Shown here piece after piece: positions 23,885 through 38,229 of a stretch of DNA of 45,132 nucleotides. Numbering within the stretch: the first letter of the stretch is position 1; the number at the start of each line of letters is the position of its first letter. Position numbers and translations under genes: made by a program. This stretch comes from Octopus sinensis. Its lineage: Eukaryota. The stretch is taken from assembly GCF_006345805.1 (NCBI RefSeq), contig NW_021826257.1, positions 1-45,132 of the forward strand. Direction: 5' to 3'. The notes below the pieces were generated by a model. The model ran no database searches. It saw nothing but the letters and a program-made list of their open reading frames with translations, and was not told the origin of the DNA.

Positions 23885-24333
23885 ATGAACAAACATATAT
23901 ATGTATATATATAAGAATGAATGTTTTTATATATAATGAACGTGAAATACAGGAAGGGACGAACACGGAACACAGACAAATCATTCGAAGCCTTCAATCT
24001 TCAGTCAGACACCGAATCATCATAGCAAATTTCGGCTGTTCAAAATAAATAGGAATGAACAAACATATATATATATATATATATGAACAAACATACACCA
24101 GTGTGTATGTTGTATTTTCATGCATGTATACATGTATGTAGGTGTTACATGTTTAGTTTATACACATAATATATACATAAATATACATATAAGTATATAT
24201 TCTGAGGCATGCATATATATTTACATATGTATGTATATTAATATTATAAATACATGCATATATACATATGTGTAGAATAAATGTATGCATTAATTCAAAA
24301 TGCTAAATATACTTATAAAATGTACATGCTACA

Positions 24334-24367
<34 letters not shown>

Positions 24368-24663
24368 TATGCAATTATATCTATAAATATATACATGTCT
24401 CTATGTTTGATATGTGTATATGTATACAATATAATTTAAGTACAAACACACGCACACACACAATCACTCACTAACTCACTCTCTAAAATTACATGCACAT
24501 ATATTACACATATTCTAGTGGCAAAAGTTTTGTATATGAAAGCTATATCCAATATAACTATCGTGTGTGTGTATATATATGAATATATATATATTTATTA
24601 TAATTATTTATGATATATAGATAAGTATATATACAACTATTATATGTTCACCTATATGTGTAA

Positions 24664-24699
<36 letters not shown>

Positions 24700-24869
24700 T
24701 ATATATACTCACATATATATATATACTCCATATATATTATAATATATATATATCTATATATATATATATATAATTGTTTTTTTATATATGTACCATTATG
24801 TTCACATATATATATATATGTGTGTGTGTATATATATTTATACATATATATACACACACATAATACATG

Positions 24870-24922
<53 letters not shown>

Positions 24923-25352
24923 ACAATACGTATACACGGCACGTATGTATACACACCTATATACATGTATATTATATATATAATATACACATACACATAT
25001 ACGTATACACGGACACGTATGTATACACACACCATATGTATGCATACACACATATGCCTAAACTCAATATTTTCAAGTTCATATTTATTTCCAGACATAA
25101 GTACACATTATGACGGGTTGTCTACCTTCCTATTCATTGAAAACAAAATATATTTAAGCATTATTGAACATTCACATCCACGCACCTGTGTGTTTGAGCT
25201 CACACGTATAAAGGTTGTGAACATGGCGTGTCGTAGCTTGCGCTTAGCTGTACGTTTTTAATGCAGAAGTCGCACTTGGGAAATGTTTTCTTTACCGATG
25301 AGTTTTGTTAAGACATCAATGTAATTAGAGCTCGCGGTTTTATGGCAACACT

Positions 25353-25386
<34 letters not shown>

Positions 25387-25491
25387 CTCGCACACACACA
25401 CACGTGTATTTTGTGCGCATCAGCGTGAATTTGGGATCAAATATGTTTATATTTTCTATCCCTCAAATTTTCATGTGGGTTCATATATATA

Positions 25492-25532
<41 letters not shown>

Positions 25533-25886
25533 GTGTGTGTGTGTGTATTTGTGTATATATATACATAAGTAACACACACACGCGCGCACACACAATACAT
25601 ATATCATGCATTGTTACATACATATATATACATATATATATTTTAAATAAACACTGGGAAATTTGGTATATCTTTTATACCATGTTACATGTGTTTCATT
25701 ACAATATAGGAAGTATATTATGAATATAAATATTATTAGTAATGATCTTATTTATATAATATATTCGGATATACACGTAGAAAAATGTATAGGATCACCT
25801 ATCCATAATTCGTCAAAGATTCTGAAATAAACCAGCTTAGATTATTATTCCTTCTATACACTAAATATATATGTATATGGATATTC

Positions 25887-25922
<36 letters not shown>

Positions 25923-26392
25923 ATATATGTATATATATGTATATATGTATGTTGTATGTATGTATATATATATACATACATACAACATATATATATATTA
26001 CATATATATACATACATATAATATATATACATATATATGTATGTATATACATACACATGCACATTATATAATATAATATGTATATATATATATAATATAT
26101 ATATATATATTACACACACACCACATTGCCATGCATATATATATATACACATACACATATATATGCACACTTACGTGTTTTTGCATAGACATACCGGCAC
26201 GTGTCTGTGCAAGGTTGTGTATATATATATATATATATATATATACACTTGCTTGCTTTTCTCCATAGATTCAAATTTGGTTATACGCCACATGAAAACA
26301 TTTTTCTCCACGCTATTATGCTATTTGTATAGTCAACATTATTTATCCGACATATAACAACAACAACAGCTACTACTATTATCACCACCACC

Positions 26393-26435
<43 letters not shown>

Positions 26436-27017
26436 AAATAATAATAATAATGAATTAGCTTCTTGTGGCTATTATATACCTAAGTGAACCGGCGTTCCAT
26501 CTACATGCTATAGCAGCTAAGTGTTCCTCATTATACCAGCGTAAATATGTATATGGAAGCCTGTGTGTATAAAGATCTATGTATATTTAGATATGTATAC
26601 ATACATGTAAGTATATTGCTGTACGTTGCGTATAGCAGGGTTTTTAAAAATAGCTGCCAAATCCTCCGAAATCGCACCTTACTATCAGAACATATTGGTC
26701 AATATTGCCTTCATAGCTCGAAAATGATGCGATGGCCATGGTTGAAACGTCTGATTACGCCTGTTCGGAGAAAGACAAGCTAATGCGAGGCCAAGCTATA
26801 GCCAGATGCTTGAAATGCTAAACTTAGCAACCACTTTTCCCGCAAGTCACATAAATTTCTATTACTATTTTAAATTATAAAAAAATGATGGCCCTAGGTA
26901 TACAAATTTGCGTGTTGGTCACCGTTGGAAAATATTTGATCGTAGTTGCGCTCGATTAGTGCTAAGCTGGAGTTTAACAACAACCGCGAAATATATTGTG
27001 TTAGACCTTCGATATTC

Positions 27018-27155
27018 GACTTTGCCTTTCATCCTTTTGAGGTTGATTAAATAAGTACCAGTTACGCACTGGGGTCGATATAATCGACTTAATCCATTTG
27101 TCTGTCCTTGTTTGTCCCCTCTGTGTCTAGCCCCTTGTGGGTAGTAAAAAAATAG
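27018..27155 (+). mobile_element. SINE family B 3' half
   Basis: CGACTTTGCCTTTCATCC...GCCCCTTGTGGGTAGTAAA. Confidence 0.85.
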
Positions 27156-27748
27156 ATATTAACACAGAGGAAAGAACTTTACTATCAACTAAATATAACC
27201 CCGCTGGAAACAAAAAAATAGTTTTCACATACACGTGTTTCACTGAATGCTGAAACCTTTCTAGATGAAGGTGTGTCTGGTTACCTTGTTTGAAAACAAA
27301 ATCACCTAAACATTTGCATCTACACATTTATACAGAGAGTGTACAAAAAAAAAGTACCGTGCATACAAACATATAGAGAAGCACAACATCTATGTACAAG
27401 TATTTCTGCGTGTGCGTATTTCCTAACTGAAAGAGAGGGTTTTACCCGAAACATGAGAGAGCGTTTCGCTTTACGAAACAAAACTTTACTGTGTGTGTGT
27501 GGGTGTGTATACGTACACGTATATATATATATATAATAACAAAATAATAAATAAAACATGCATATATACATACAAATATGTACGTTCCTACATCTATATG
27601 TATATATACAGGTATATATGGGTACAGGACACCAAAAAAACGTAGAACACAACGAGAAACGAAAACATAAAAACAAAACCAAGGAAACGAACAGTTTTTT
27701 AAGCAACGAAAAAACAGAGTGAAAGACATACAACACAAGGAAAATTCC

Positions 27749-27793
<45 letters not shown>

Positions 27794-30392
27794 CGTATAC
27801 TTGTTCATTTTTGCACATACACGCACACACTGAGTTATTAATTATACTAAACGTAATTCATAAACATATCTTACTCGAACATATGGCTACTATAGAGTAG
27901 AACAATATGTAAGATTCTGGTTATTTGGCATCAATACCAAACTATCTTATTTGTTCTGCCCATTAATATTATGAGATTTTTTTTTTAATATCTCATTTTT
28001 TGAAAAATAATTTGAGACATTACATCATGTTTTATTTATTATTTACAATGTAAAAAAAAACGTGTATTGTCGTTTATTATATATCTATATGTATGTGTAA
28101 ATCATCAAGCCATCTTGAAGTGAATCATTAGTTACAAATCGATATTTTACTCATCACTGAAAATACTAAATATATATTACTTAGCGGTTCGGCCAAAGAG
28201 TCGATAGAATAAGTATTTGGCCCGAGAAAAAATAAGTGCTGGGGACAATTCAATCCAGTAAAAATTCTCCATGGCCGCAGCCTGGTGACTAAAACAAATG
28301 ATATACATATATACATATATAATGAACACGTTGCGAAAAATATTAGAAGGAATATATTTATTAATAAGTCAAAACATTGGTTTATATTTCCCGTAGTGCG
28401 TTTGTTACACATATAAGCAAGATTACAGGTACTACAGGAACACAAGATAAACTTGGCGATTTGACACACACACACAGGTATTCATTTGCTGGAGGAAATC
28501 TACTTATCACCTGGATAGTACTTATTCCTAGGTTTTGTATCATTATACGGTTCAGAGAGAAATTTAAACGCTACTGACTTTTGTAGCGTTACCATGGCAT
28601 ATGCTCACCCGGATGTGTGAGGGTGTGTGTTTTTAATCCGACTTAATGTAAATATGAATTTCAGCTCTGAACATAACATAGCTATGTGCCGAGAGTGGGG
28701 AGCGAACACCCGTTCCCTCTCGTGGTTGTTTGCCCGCAAACATTTTACATGATCACCTGTATTCAAATGTACGTGCCTCACACACACACACACACACACA
28801 CACATTCTATGTATATAACTGATGTTTGTGTATGTGAGTATTTAATTATTTAGATGTTTTATTTAAATTTGGTATAGGGTAGTGTCTCAGCCATTGACCA
28901 GGAACGTGCAAGAGAAACACCTTGAAAATCTTTAATGATCAAATCAACCCCAGTACTTTTCCTGTCGGTCACTGATTGTCGGACTACTATATTACGCGGT
29001 CGTAAACAAACCTTGACCGGTTGTCGAGCGCTGAGACACACAGGCACAGGTATACAACAAACACGACTGGCTCTTCCGCACAGATTCGTCTTCCAAGTTG
29101 ACTCATATGGCATTGGCTAACGAATTGGTCTAATCGTGCGAGCTTCCTTTCATTCTCCTGGGATCAATAAGGTACCTGGATTTGACCCTTCCTTTATTCT
29201 CCAGAAATCAAGAAGGGTCGTGAGTATCCGTTCACGTCATCCGTTTTGATGAATGTATAAAGTATCCAGGGCCACATTATATAATTTCACTCCTGTTTCA
29301 AAATGGATTGTTGTGTAAAATTCGGAGGCAATTTGACTGCTATTTGTAGCAGTTCGAGCTACCACATAAAAAGTTATTATTGCTTAGCACCAAGTTAGTG
29401 ATCAAACTGTTTATACATATTTCTCTTAAATCATGCAATAGGTTTAGTGGTTAATTAATTCTGTTGCGCCCAACTACCATGATCGAATTCACTTTATGTA
29501 AAGCCATTATGCGAGTAGTAACAAGATTTGATCAATGTTATACATCCTGGAAAGGCTGCTAGTCTCTCGTAGGTAACTTTCTTGGAAAAATGTCCAGGTA
29601 ACTTTTAACTTCCTACAAAGAAGTATTATTAAATAATTATGTCTAGAAACAAAGTAGAGCGTAAAACAGATTTGGTGTTGAATTTTGTTTCTGTAAAAAC
29701 CAAATAGCGATGCCCTGGTCATCGCTATTATCAAATAAATTCTTTACTGGTCACTCAAGTTACTAAAAATAGTAGTTAAATCACTATCAGATTCTAGAGA
29801 ATGTAGTTACTGATATTATTTATTTCTTTAACTTGTTTAAGACCTCGTGATTAAGATTCATACAAGAGCAGCGTGTTTTCTTTGATACCTGTAAAGAAAG
29901 AAAGGGAGGGGAAAAAAACCCCGCAGACGAGATAGCCACGTCCGGATTACTTTTGATCATAACAGCAATAATAGCCACTATAAATTAAACTAAGACCAAT
30001 TTTAATAGCCTGACATATTTGTGTCTTTTGTTTGTGAAGTTTCTTTAACTGTTCACATTCTTTATATTACACCTCTTTCCATCTTTCACCCAAACCGTGT
30101 GACCCGATTTAATTGTCCAGTTGACTACAGCCGTCCTTAACATTGTCGAAGCAAGGAAAAATGGAATAGATATTATAACATGTCTATCTATCTATCTATC
30201 TATCTACACATATAGATATGCAAAGATCATATATAAACACACACACACACACATATTATACATAGGCATTTAAATATGCATATAAATAATACTTATACAC
30301 ATACATGCATATACCATCCTCCCCACACAAACATGTACATGTGTATTTGTATATATATGTGTGTGTGTGTGTGTATCTTTTTATCTTTTTTA

Positions 30393-30655
30393 TGCTTTAG
30401 TTGTTTCAGTTGTAGGACTGCCGGCATGCTAAGGAACCACCTTCAATGGTTTATTTTTAAGCGGGGGTACTTATTCTGTCGGATTTTTTGTCGAACCACT
30501 AAGTCACTGGGACTTTAAAAAAAACCAACGCCAGTTGTCAAGCAGTGGTGCAGGACAAACACAGACATACACACAAGGGGCTTCTTTCAGTTTTCTTCTG
30601 TCAAATCCACTCACATGGCATTGGTCGGCCCGCGACTATAGTAAAAGACACTAAC
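30393..30655 (-). mobile_element. Diverged SINE family A
   Basis: Reverse-complement similarity to family A 3' region and body. Confidence 0.7.
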
Positions 30656-30953
30656 CACGCTGCCAAAATAAACCCGATGTAAATCACAGGAAACTCTCTT
30701 TAAATTGAACCGAGGAGCAGGACGACGAGTTTCGCCAGGTTCTCGGATCATCATTCCATAAAGGGAGAGAGAGAGGAATTTATATCTAATTATATATAAT
30801 AATGAAATTATTGTATACAGAGCTCAGGTGCACCACAATACTGACAGTAATAGGCATGGATTTTGCTCATTTGTATATCAGTACATTTATTGGTGGCGTC
30901 TACGGACTACCTAACTTGCTTAGTATAGTGTATGTGTGGATAAGTACATAAAA

Positions 30954-31267
30954 GTACTACTTGAGAACAGTGGTCCCAGTGCGCGCAGTCACGTACTCAC
31001 GCATCCGCGCTAGCTAGTCAAGACTAGTCGATCCCTACTTTGTGTTTTTGTGTGTTATTAACTTTATTTAAAAATTATTTACTTTGTGTTTTTGTGTTTT
31101 ATTTACTTTGTTTAACAAAAATTATTTACTTTGTGTAAAAAAAATTACTTATTTTGTGTTTTATTTACTTTGCTAGGTAGTCGTAGGATCGACTAGTCAC
31201 GACTAGCTAGCGCGGATGCGCGACTACGCGTGTGCGCGCACCGGGACCACTGTTCGCTAGTAGTACC
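30954..31267. mobile_element. Unclassified CpG-rich MITE, copy 2, opposite orientation, flanked by a 50-bp direct repeat
   Basis: Same TIR family as 7178-7429. Core expanded by TTTACTTTGTGT-like subrepeats. Identical 50-mers at 30904-30953 and 31269-31318. Confidence 0.85.
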
Positions 31268-32011
31268 TGGACTACCTAACTTGCTTAGTATAGTGTATGT
31301 GTGGATAAGTACATAAAATTATATAACCTCATTGTGTAAAATAGACGCAGAGCCTGAACCACACACACACACACACACACATTAAAATACGCATGTGAAC
31401 ATACAACGTGTTCACCCATCCACGCCCTCATAGTTTCATATGTGCATACATAAAATATATTTATACATATTTACTTTTATATGCTTACATGCACTAAACC
31501 GTGTGTGTGTGTGTGTGTGTTAATCTGCAGTAAATATAATGAATTCTCTCACAAATAACACACACATGCAAAAACATATAAACTAGTAGGGATCGACAAA
31601 AAGAAATGGCGATTAACCATTTGTTAACCTTCAACTTCAACTAATTTATTTCGCTCTAATCTTGCTATCGTGTTCTCTATTTTCTTCTTCTTGTTTGCAC
31701 TGACGTCTCTACATCTATTACATATATTTCTTTCGAATCGGCATCGAGCCAATATTACGGCGCCTCCACTCGATCAAACGCAAGCATTAATTTTAACAGC
31801 TCCGACAGGATTTATGTCAATGTCCAATCCTGAGTAAGATTCGAACTCGGCAGAGTGAGGTTCCGAAGTTAGAGACACATTTTTATTAGCTACCAAGATT
31901 ATGTCTCAGTGTGTTATACATACATGTACCTATTCGCACTCATCTATGCAAATATGTGTCTATACACACACATATATTATATATATGTATGTATTTATAT
32001 ATATATATATT

Positions 32012-32104
<93 letters not shown>

Positions 32105-32412
32105 CACATTAACCGCACTTGTGTTTTTCTGGCTTTCTATTTTTATACACACATATGTACGCACACACATATATTTACACATATGCAAACACATATACAT
32201 GTGTAGACATATGCATATATATATATATATATATATATACACAATCACAGACACGCGCGCGCACACACACATATGTATGTATATATATGTATTTATATAT
32301 ATTATATATATTTATATATCTATATAAATGGCGGTGCCCCAGCATGGCCACAGCTCGTGAGCTGAAACTAAATAATATAGATAAATATATATATATATGT
32401 ATTTTTATTTAT

Positions 32413-32469
<57 letters not shown>

Positions 32470-32788
32470 GGTGAATAGAAAACATTTATTTCGATACACT
32501 GGGATTATCTTTGAAATTAAGGATCAAAAACATTCAAAATCCAAAGTCTTCAAATAAGTGTGATAACTCAAGTAATATCAGCTAATTTAGTTCTAGGTTA
32601 TAGAGTTCTATGTAAATCTTGTCTTTATAACCGTATCCATATGCTGCATATGAAAATTATAAACATATTTTGTGTGTGGGTGTGTATTCAAGGTTGGGAG
32701 CTGACAGAAAGGTATGAATGGCACAGAAATCGTTTCTAATATGAACCTTGTTCACAAGTACTTTGTACAAGCGTAGATAAGATTTCAG

Positions 32789-32846
<58 letters not shown>

Positions 32847-33256
32847 ATCTATCTAAATTGAGAGAATGATAGATATTTGTACATTAAATCTCCGTGTGTG
32901 TACTTGTAAATGGTTTAAATTTAGCATGGCAGAAAGAGCGTTGCTAACCATGTTCCTTAACCAGTGGCAGTTTTATGATTAATTTTATCTAAAACATGAC
33001 TATGCTATTTTATTTATTTTTTTTATATCATGGAGTATGTTCTGTAAAGGCATACTTCTTACTTTATGAGCGTAGTGAGATTTGACTGCTATATTTAGCA
33101 GACCCTCTTATTGTTTAGTTCAGGTCGGACTTGATCGAGCAATCTATGGTCAAAGGTAGTTCAGCCGTGGCCATCACCTCTTATTTTTCATTTTACATAT
33201 GCATATGCAGTGAACCAACCCAACTCTACCGCCATCCCTTTGCCGAAGCGCTAAGT

Positions 33257-33603
33257 CGGTGGTTCTCCACCAAGGTCCACATGGCCGCTGAGGGTCCATA
33301 TAAAATTTTTAGGAGGTCCACACAACGAAATAGTAAATCGGCGAGCCACAATAATATTTTAAAGGTTCATGAAAAATTGTTTTAGAGGTATGCATTGATA
33401 TGTATTGCTAGAAACAGCCAGGTTTCTTTTTCTAACATTTTCCATAGTTCAACTTAGAGAAGTTATTGTGTGAAAAACAAACGAGGAAGTTTGAAAGAAG
33501 TATGTATAAAACTAGTTTTTAAACCTCGAATGGTTAAGTGGGTCCACAAGAATAAAATAGTAATCAAAGGGTTCCACAGATTTAAAATGGTTGAGAAACT
33601 CTG
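33257..33603. mobile_element. hAT-superfamily MITE (347 bp)
   Basis: Perfect 8-bp TSD CGCTAAGT (33249-33256 and 33604-33611). Imperfect TIRs CGGTGGTTCTCCACC / GGTTGAGAAACTCTG resemble the CAGTGGTTCTCAACC hAT (Charlie-like) terminus. No ORF. Confidence 0.85.
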
Positions 33604-34412
33604 CGCTAAGTTTTTTTTTTTCATAAGCCGGTAGGATGTGATTTGAGGGAGATTTGGTTGCTATTTTTCGCACATGCTACAACCACACGAGGCTCCGTCT
33701 TTGGCTCACAGATCCCTTTCGGTAGTTTTGTTGACGAGGAAGGGAGCGTGTGAACCCTCTTGGGGCCAGCGGTGATGGTAGTGTGATAGTATTTATATTT
33801 TAAGAAAAACATTCGTGGTATGACCTCAGCTAAGGCAAATGTATGTATGTGTGTGTGTGTATGTGAAACAGAAGAGACTGAATTGTTTGTGAACGGCATA
33901 AAGAGAGTTTGTTGGCACATTGAAACAACAACAACAACAAGAAAAAAGACTAATTTCAATGGAAAATAAATATATAATGAATAAAATAAAGTGGTCAGTC
34001 AGTAGCTTAGCAACTTTTTGACCATGCCCTGACCTCTCTTAGAAATCATCAATATTATTATTTTATCAAACATGTTTTTTTTGTTCCTTTTAGCATTTGT
34101 AGGATGTGAGGTGAGGGGACAGAGAGAGAGAGAGATGAATAGAGATATAATTTTGTATCCAGCTGGGTTAGGGGTTTAGAGGTGTGCCTCAGAACTGAGA
34201 GTCCTTTTTTTTTTTTTTTTTTTAAGAAAATATTTCAGGATTTTGTGTGTATGCTTGTGTGTGTGTGTGTGGTAGCATTATAGGGCACTACCTTAAGGGG
34301 GTTAAATCGATCTAAATCAACCGCAGTACTTTTTTTCTTTTTTAAATCTGATACATTATCAGTTGTCCTTTTGCCGAGACAAAAATAACACTGCTTAGCA
34401 CACACACACACG

Positions 34413-34447
<35 letters not shown>

Positions 34448-34606
34448 AATAGCTATGAAATTCACAAAAGGCTTCTAAACAGTTGCCGTCTATCAAATAC
34501 TCTCACAAAGTGTTGGGCCACCCGGTGGAGGCGGGTACCATGTCTTGTGCATATATGCATTATATCTTTGCACGTAAACAAATATCTTATTATTAAGGCG
34601 GCGAGC

Positions 34607-34738
34607 TAGTGGAATCATTAGCAGAATGCTTAGAGGCATTTTGTCAGTCTTTACGTTCGTGTTCAAATTTCACCGAGGTCGACTTTACCTTTCATCCGTT
34701 CGAGGTCGATAAAATAAGTAACCAGTCGGAAACTGGGC
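34607..34738 (+). mobile_element. SINE family B 5' half
   Basis: GGCGGCGAGCTAGTGGAATC...GTTCAAATTTCACCGAGGTCGACTTTACC. Confidence 0.8.
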
Positions 34739-34921
34739 CGATTCTTATATATTTATATATTTTTATATGATATATCTATATATTACTATATTTTTAAACG
34801 TCGGACTTTATATCTGTTCTGTAGATATAAATGAATATATGATTATATGTATGTGTTTGATCTTTCTGTGGATTTTGTAATGTTCCTTTAGTTGCTGCTC
34901 ACATTGCCTCCCCTCGGATAT

Positions 34922-34974
<53 letters not shown>

Positions 34975-34976
<2 letters not shown>

Positions 34977-35370
34977 AAGTATGGGGGTTTAGTTCACAGG
35001 TGATCTAAACGATATCCCAGAAACAACTGTAAGACTTTGAATGTCTTCCTATAATATTGTATACGACTTGAGATGTTTGCCTTGCCTTAATGTTTGCTAT
35101 ATATAAATATATATATATTCATACATGCATATGTGTGTGTAGCAGTTGTTCTTGTTAGGGCCCGAAAGTCAGGTATGACCATCCTAATACGGGTTGCAGA
35201 TAATAAACTAGATGCAGCCCTCATATTTTAAGGCGGTATAATTAGAAAAAAATATGTTGCTTCATCGGATTAGCTCTAGGCCAATAAATATTTAGAGGCA
35301 GTCGACCCCAGTGCCAAACTGGTATTTATTTTAACGGTCCCGACAGAATGACAAGTTGGATGCGTGTGTT

Positions 35371-35407
<37 letters not shown>

Positions 35408-35950
35408 ACACACATATATATATATATATATATAATATATATTATATATATATATAATAACAAATATGGGGGTTTAGTTCACAGGTGATCTAAACGATAT
35501 CCCAGAAACAACTGTAAGACTTTGAATGTCTTCCTATAATATTGTATTCGATAACTTGAGATGTTTGCCTTGCCTTAATGTTTGCTATATATAAATATAT
35601 ATATATTCATACATCTATGTTTGTGGTAGCAGTTGTTCTTGTTAGGGCCCGAAAGTCAGGTATGACCATCCTAATACGGGTTGCAGATAATAAACTAGAT
35701 GCAGCCCTCATATTTTAAGGCGGTATAATTAGAAAAAAATATAGTTTCTTCATCGGATTAGCTCTAGGCCAATAAATATTTAGAGGCAGTCGATTAAAAT
35801 GACCCCAGTGCCCAACTGGTATTTATTTTAACGGTCCCGACAGAATGACAAGTGGATGCGTGTGTATACATACATACATACACACTCACACACACAACAC
35901 ACCCATTATATATATTATATATATATATATATTACCACACACACACATTA
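34975..35950. repeat. ~490-bp direct tandem duplication, 2 units
   Basis: 34975-~35460 and 35461-~35950 are near-identical, differing by scattered substitutions, small indels and microsatellite length. Confidence 0.9.
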
Positions 35951-36477
35951 TACACACACCACATATATATATATACACATGTATATAATGACATACATAC
36001 ATACACACACACACACACAACACACACGAGAGACAGATGGGAGCAAAGCTGTCTCAATTAAGTAGTTCACTACACAAGTACGTGTTTCCGGGTTCTTCGC
36101 CATTGCGCAGCACCATAGGCAAATATCATCTTTAGTCTCGGGTTAACTAGCTTTTGTGAGAGGAATTCGGCAGGCGAAAATTATTCAGATGCCACATACA
36201 CACACGATGGACTTCATTATAGTGTCCATCAAACGTCTGATCTTGCAATTCTTTATATTCGGTTTAGTTCGACAAATAGGTAAGAAACAGAATTAAGTAC
36301 TGGCGTCGTACGATTGAATAAAATTCTCGAAGTACGGCCACTCTCGAATGATTGAAACCTGTAAAAGCATCAAAGCAGTCACAGGTACACTCTTCTTTCT
36401 ATGTGTTCTTCAAACCTCAACGCATACATATTCTTACACATATGTGCGTCTGGCATAGAAATATATGTACAATATAC

Positions 36478-36633
36478 AGGAGTGTGGTAAGTAGCTCGCT
36501 TACCAACCACATGGTTCCGGGTTCAGTCCCACTGCGTGGCAACTTGGGCAAGTGTCTTCTACTGTAGCCTCGGGCCGACCGAAGTCTTCTGAGTGGACTT
36601 GGTAGACGGAAACTGAAAGAAGCCCGTTGTATT

Positions 36634-36671
<38 letters not shown>

Positions 36672-36875
36672 TGATTATGTTTGTGTCTGAGTTTGTCCTG
36701 CCATCGCTTGACAACCGATGTTGATGTGTATAAGTACCCGTAACTTAGCGGTTGGGCAAAAGATACCGATAGAATAAGTACTAGGCTTGCAAAGAATAAG
36801 TCCTGGGGTCGATTTGCTCGACAAAAGGCGGTGCTCTAGCATGGCCGAAGTCAAATGACTGAAACAAATAAAAGA
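36478..36875 (+). mobile_element. Full-length SINE family A
   Basis: Colinear match to 8495-8930 and 16309-16711. Confidence 0.9.
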
Positions 36876-37204
36876 CCAAAGTATACATATGATATATGTG
36901 TGTGCATATGTGTATGTTATATAATGTATGTTTATATATATTTGTATGAATATACACAATATGTGTGTGTGTGTGGTGTGTGTGTGTTTATAATTATATA
37001 CACAAAGGAACATATATCTATATTTTTGCATTTTTCGCCGAAGAAATTAAAATGTTATTTAATTTTAAAATTTATTTTCACAAAGATTCAGGAAAAGTTC
37101 ACTGGAAATATAAAATCGTCATGTCTTGACACACACACCACACACACACTCACACACAAACACACACACACACACCAATATGTCTGTGTCTGCGCGTATA
37201 TAAA

Positions 37205-37322
37205 ATGTATGTATGTGGGTATCTATGTATGCATATGTGTGTGTATTTATGTTCGTATGTATGCATACATACGAACATAAATACACACATATATGCATAC
37301 ATAGATACCCACATACATACAT
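37205..37322. repeat. Spacerless 118-bp palindrome, one mismatch
   Basis: 59-bp arms centred on ATG|CAT at 37263/37264, built from degenerate TATG/TG microsatellite sequence. Confidence 0.9.
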
Positions 37323-37774
37323 ACACCTATGTGTATGAGTGTATATATATATATATGCATATATATATGTATAGAAATTAAATATAAATTACAAAATGGG
37401 ACAAGAACGCAAAAACACACAAAGAGACGGCACAAAAAAACAGACATATATACACACCACACACACACTCACATACGTACATACATTCATGCAGCAATTT
37501 TTACGGGTACTACTCAATTTTTTTCGTAACTAATGGTTAGTGAAGCAACTTTTTAAATTGTGATCCAGTGGGCAAATTTACTAATAATAAAAAGACATCT
37601 ATTCTTCGAATAGAAGCGCAATCATTATATAGCTGCATTCCTATTTCATGTGTATTATCTCTGTCTGTATGTCTGTCTCTCTTTCTCTCTCTCTCTCTCA
37701 CACACACACAAATACACGCGCATACACACACGCACACGTACACACGCACACACACACTTATTGTTTTTATAAGA

Positions 37775-38181
37775 TGGCAAGCTGTCAGAATCGTTAGCGT
37801 GTCGGACAAAATGCTTAGCGAGTCTTCCTTCGACTTTTAGCTTCCGAGTTCAAAATCCATCCGTTTCGGGTGCGTTAAAACTATTTACCAGTTAAGCACT
37901 GGGGGTCGATGTAAGGAACTTGCCCCGCCTCCCATCAAAATTGCCAAGATTAGAAAAGCCGTATTATAATTGGGCGATCTGACAGAATCGTTGTCACTCC
38001 GGGCAAAATCCTTAGCGACATTTCGCCCGTCCCGTGTTCTGAGTTCAAATACCGCCGAGGTCATCTTTGCCTTTTGCCCTTTCGGGATCGATAAATTAAA
38101 TATCTGTGTAAAACTGGTGTCGATGTAATCGACTAGTCCCCTCCAACCTAAATTTCAGGCTTTGTGCTTTTAGTTGTAAGA

Positions 38182-38229
<48 letters not shown>

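Noticed and set aside
29703-29729. 10-bp hairpin AATAGCGATG / CATCGCTATT
   Set aside because: Too short for a pre-miRNA; isolated hairpins of this size are not informative alone.
36268-36279. 12-nt phase-compatible microexon candidate (TTTAG|TTCGACAAATAG|GTAAGA)
   Set aside because: Lies in a recognisable decayed SINE A 3' region and has no independent support.
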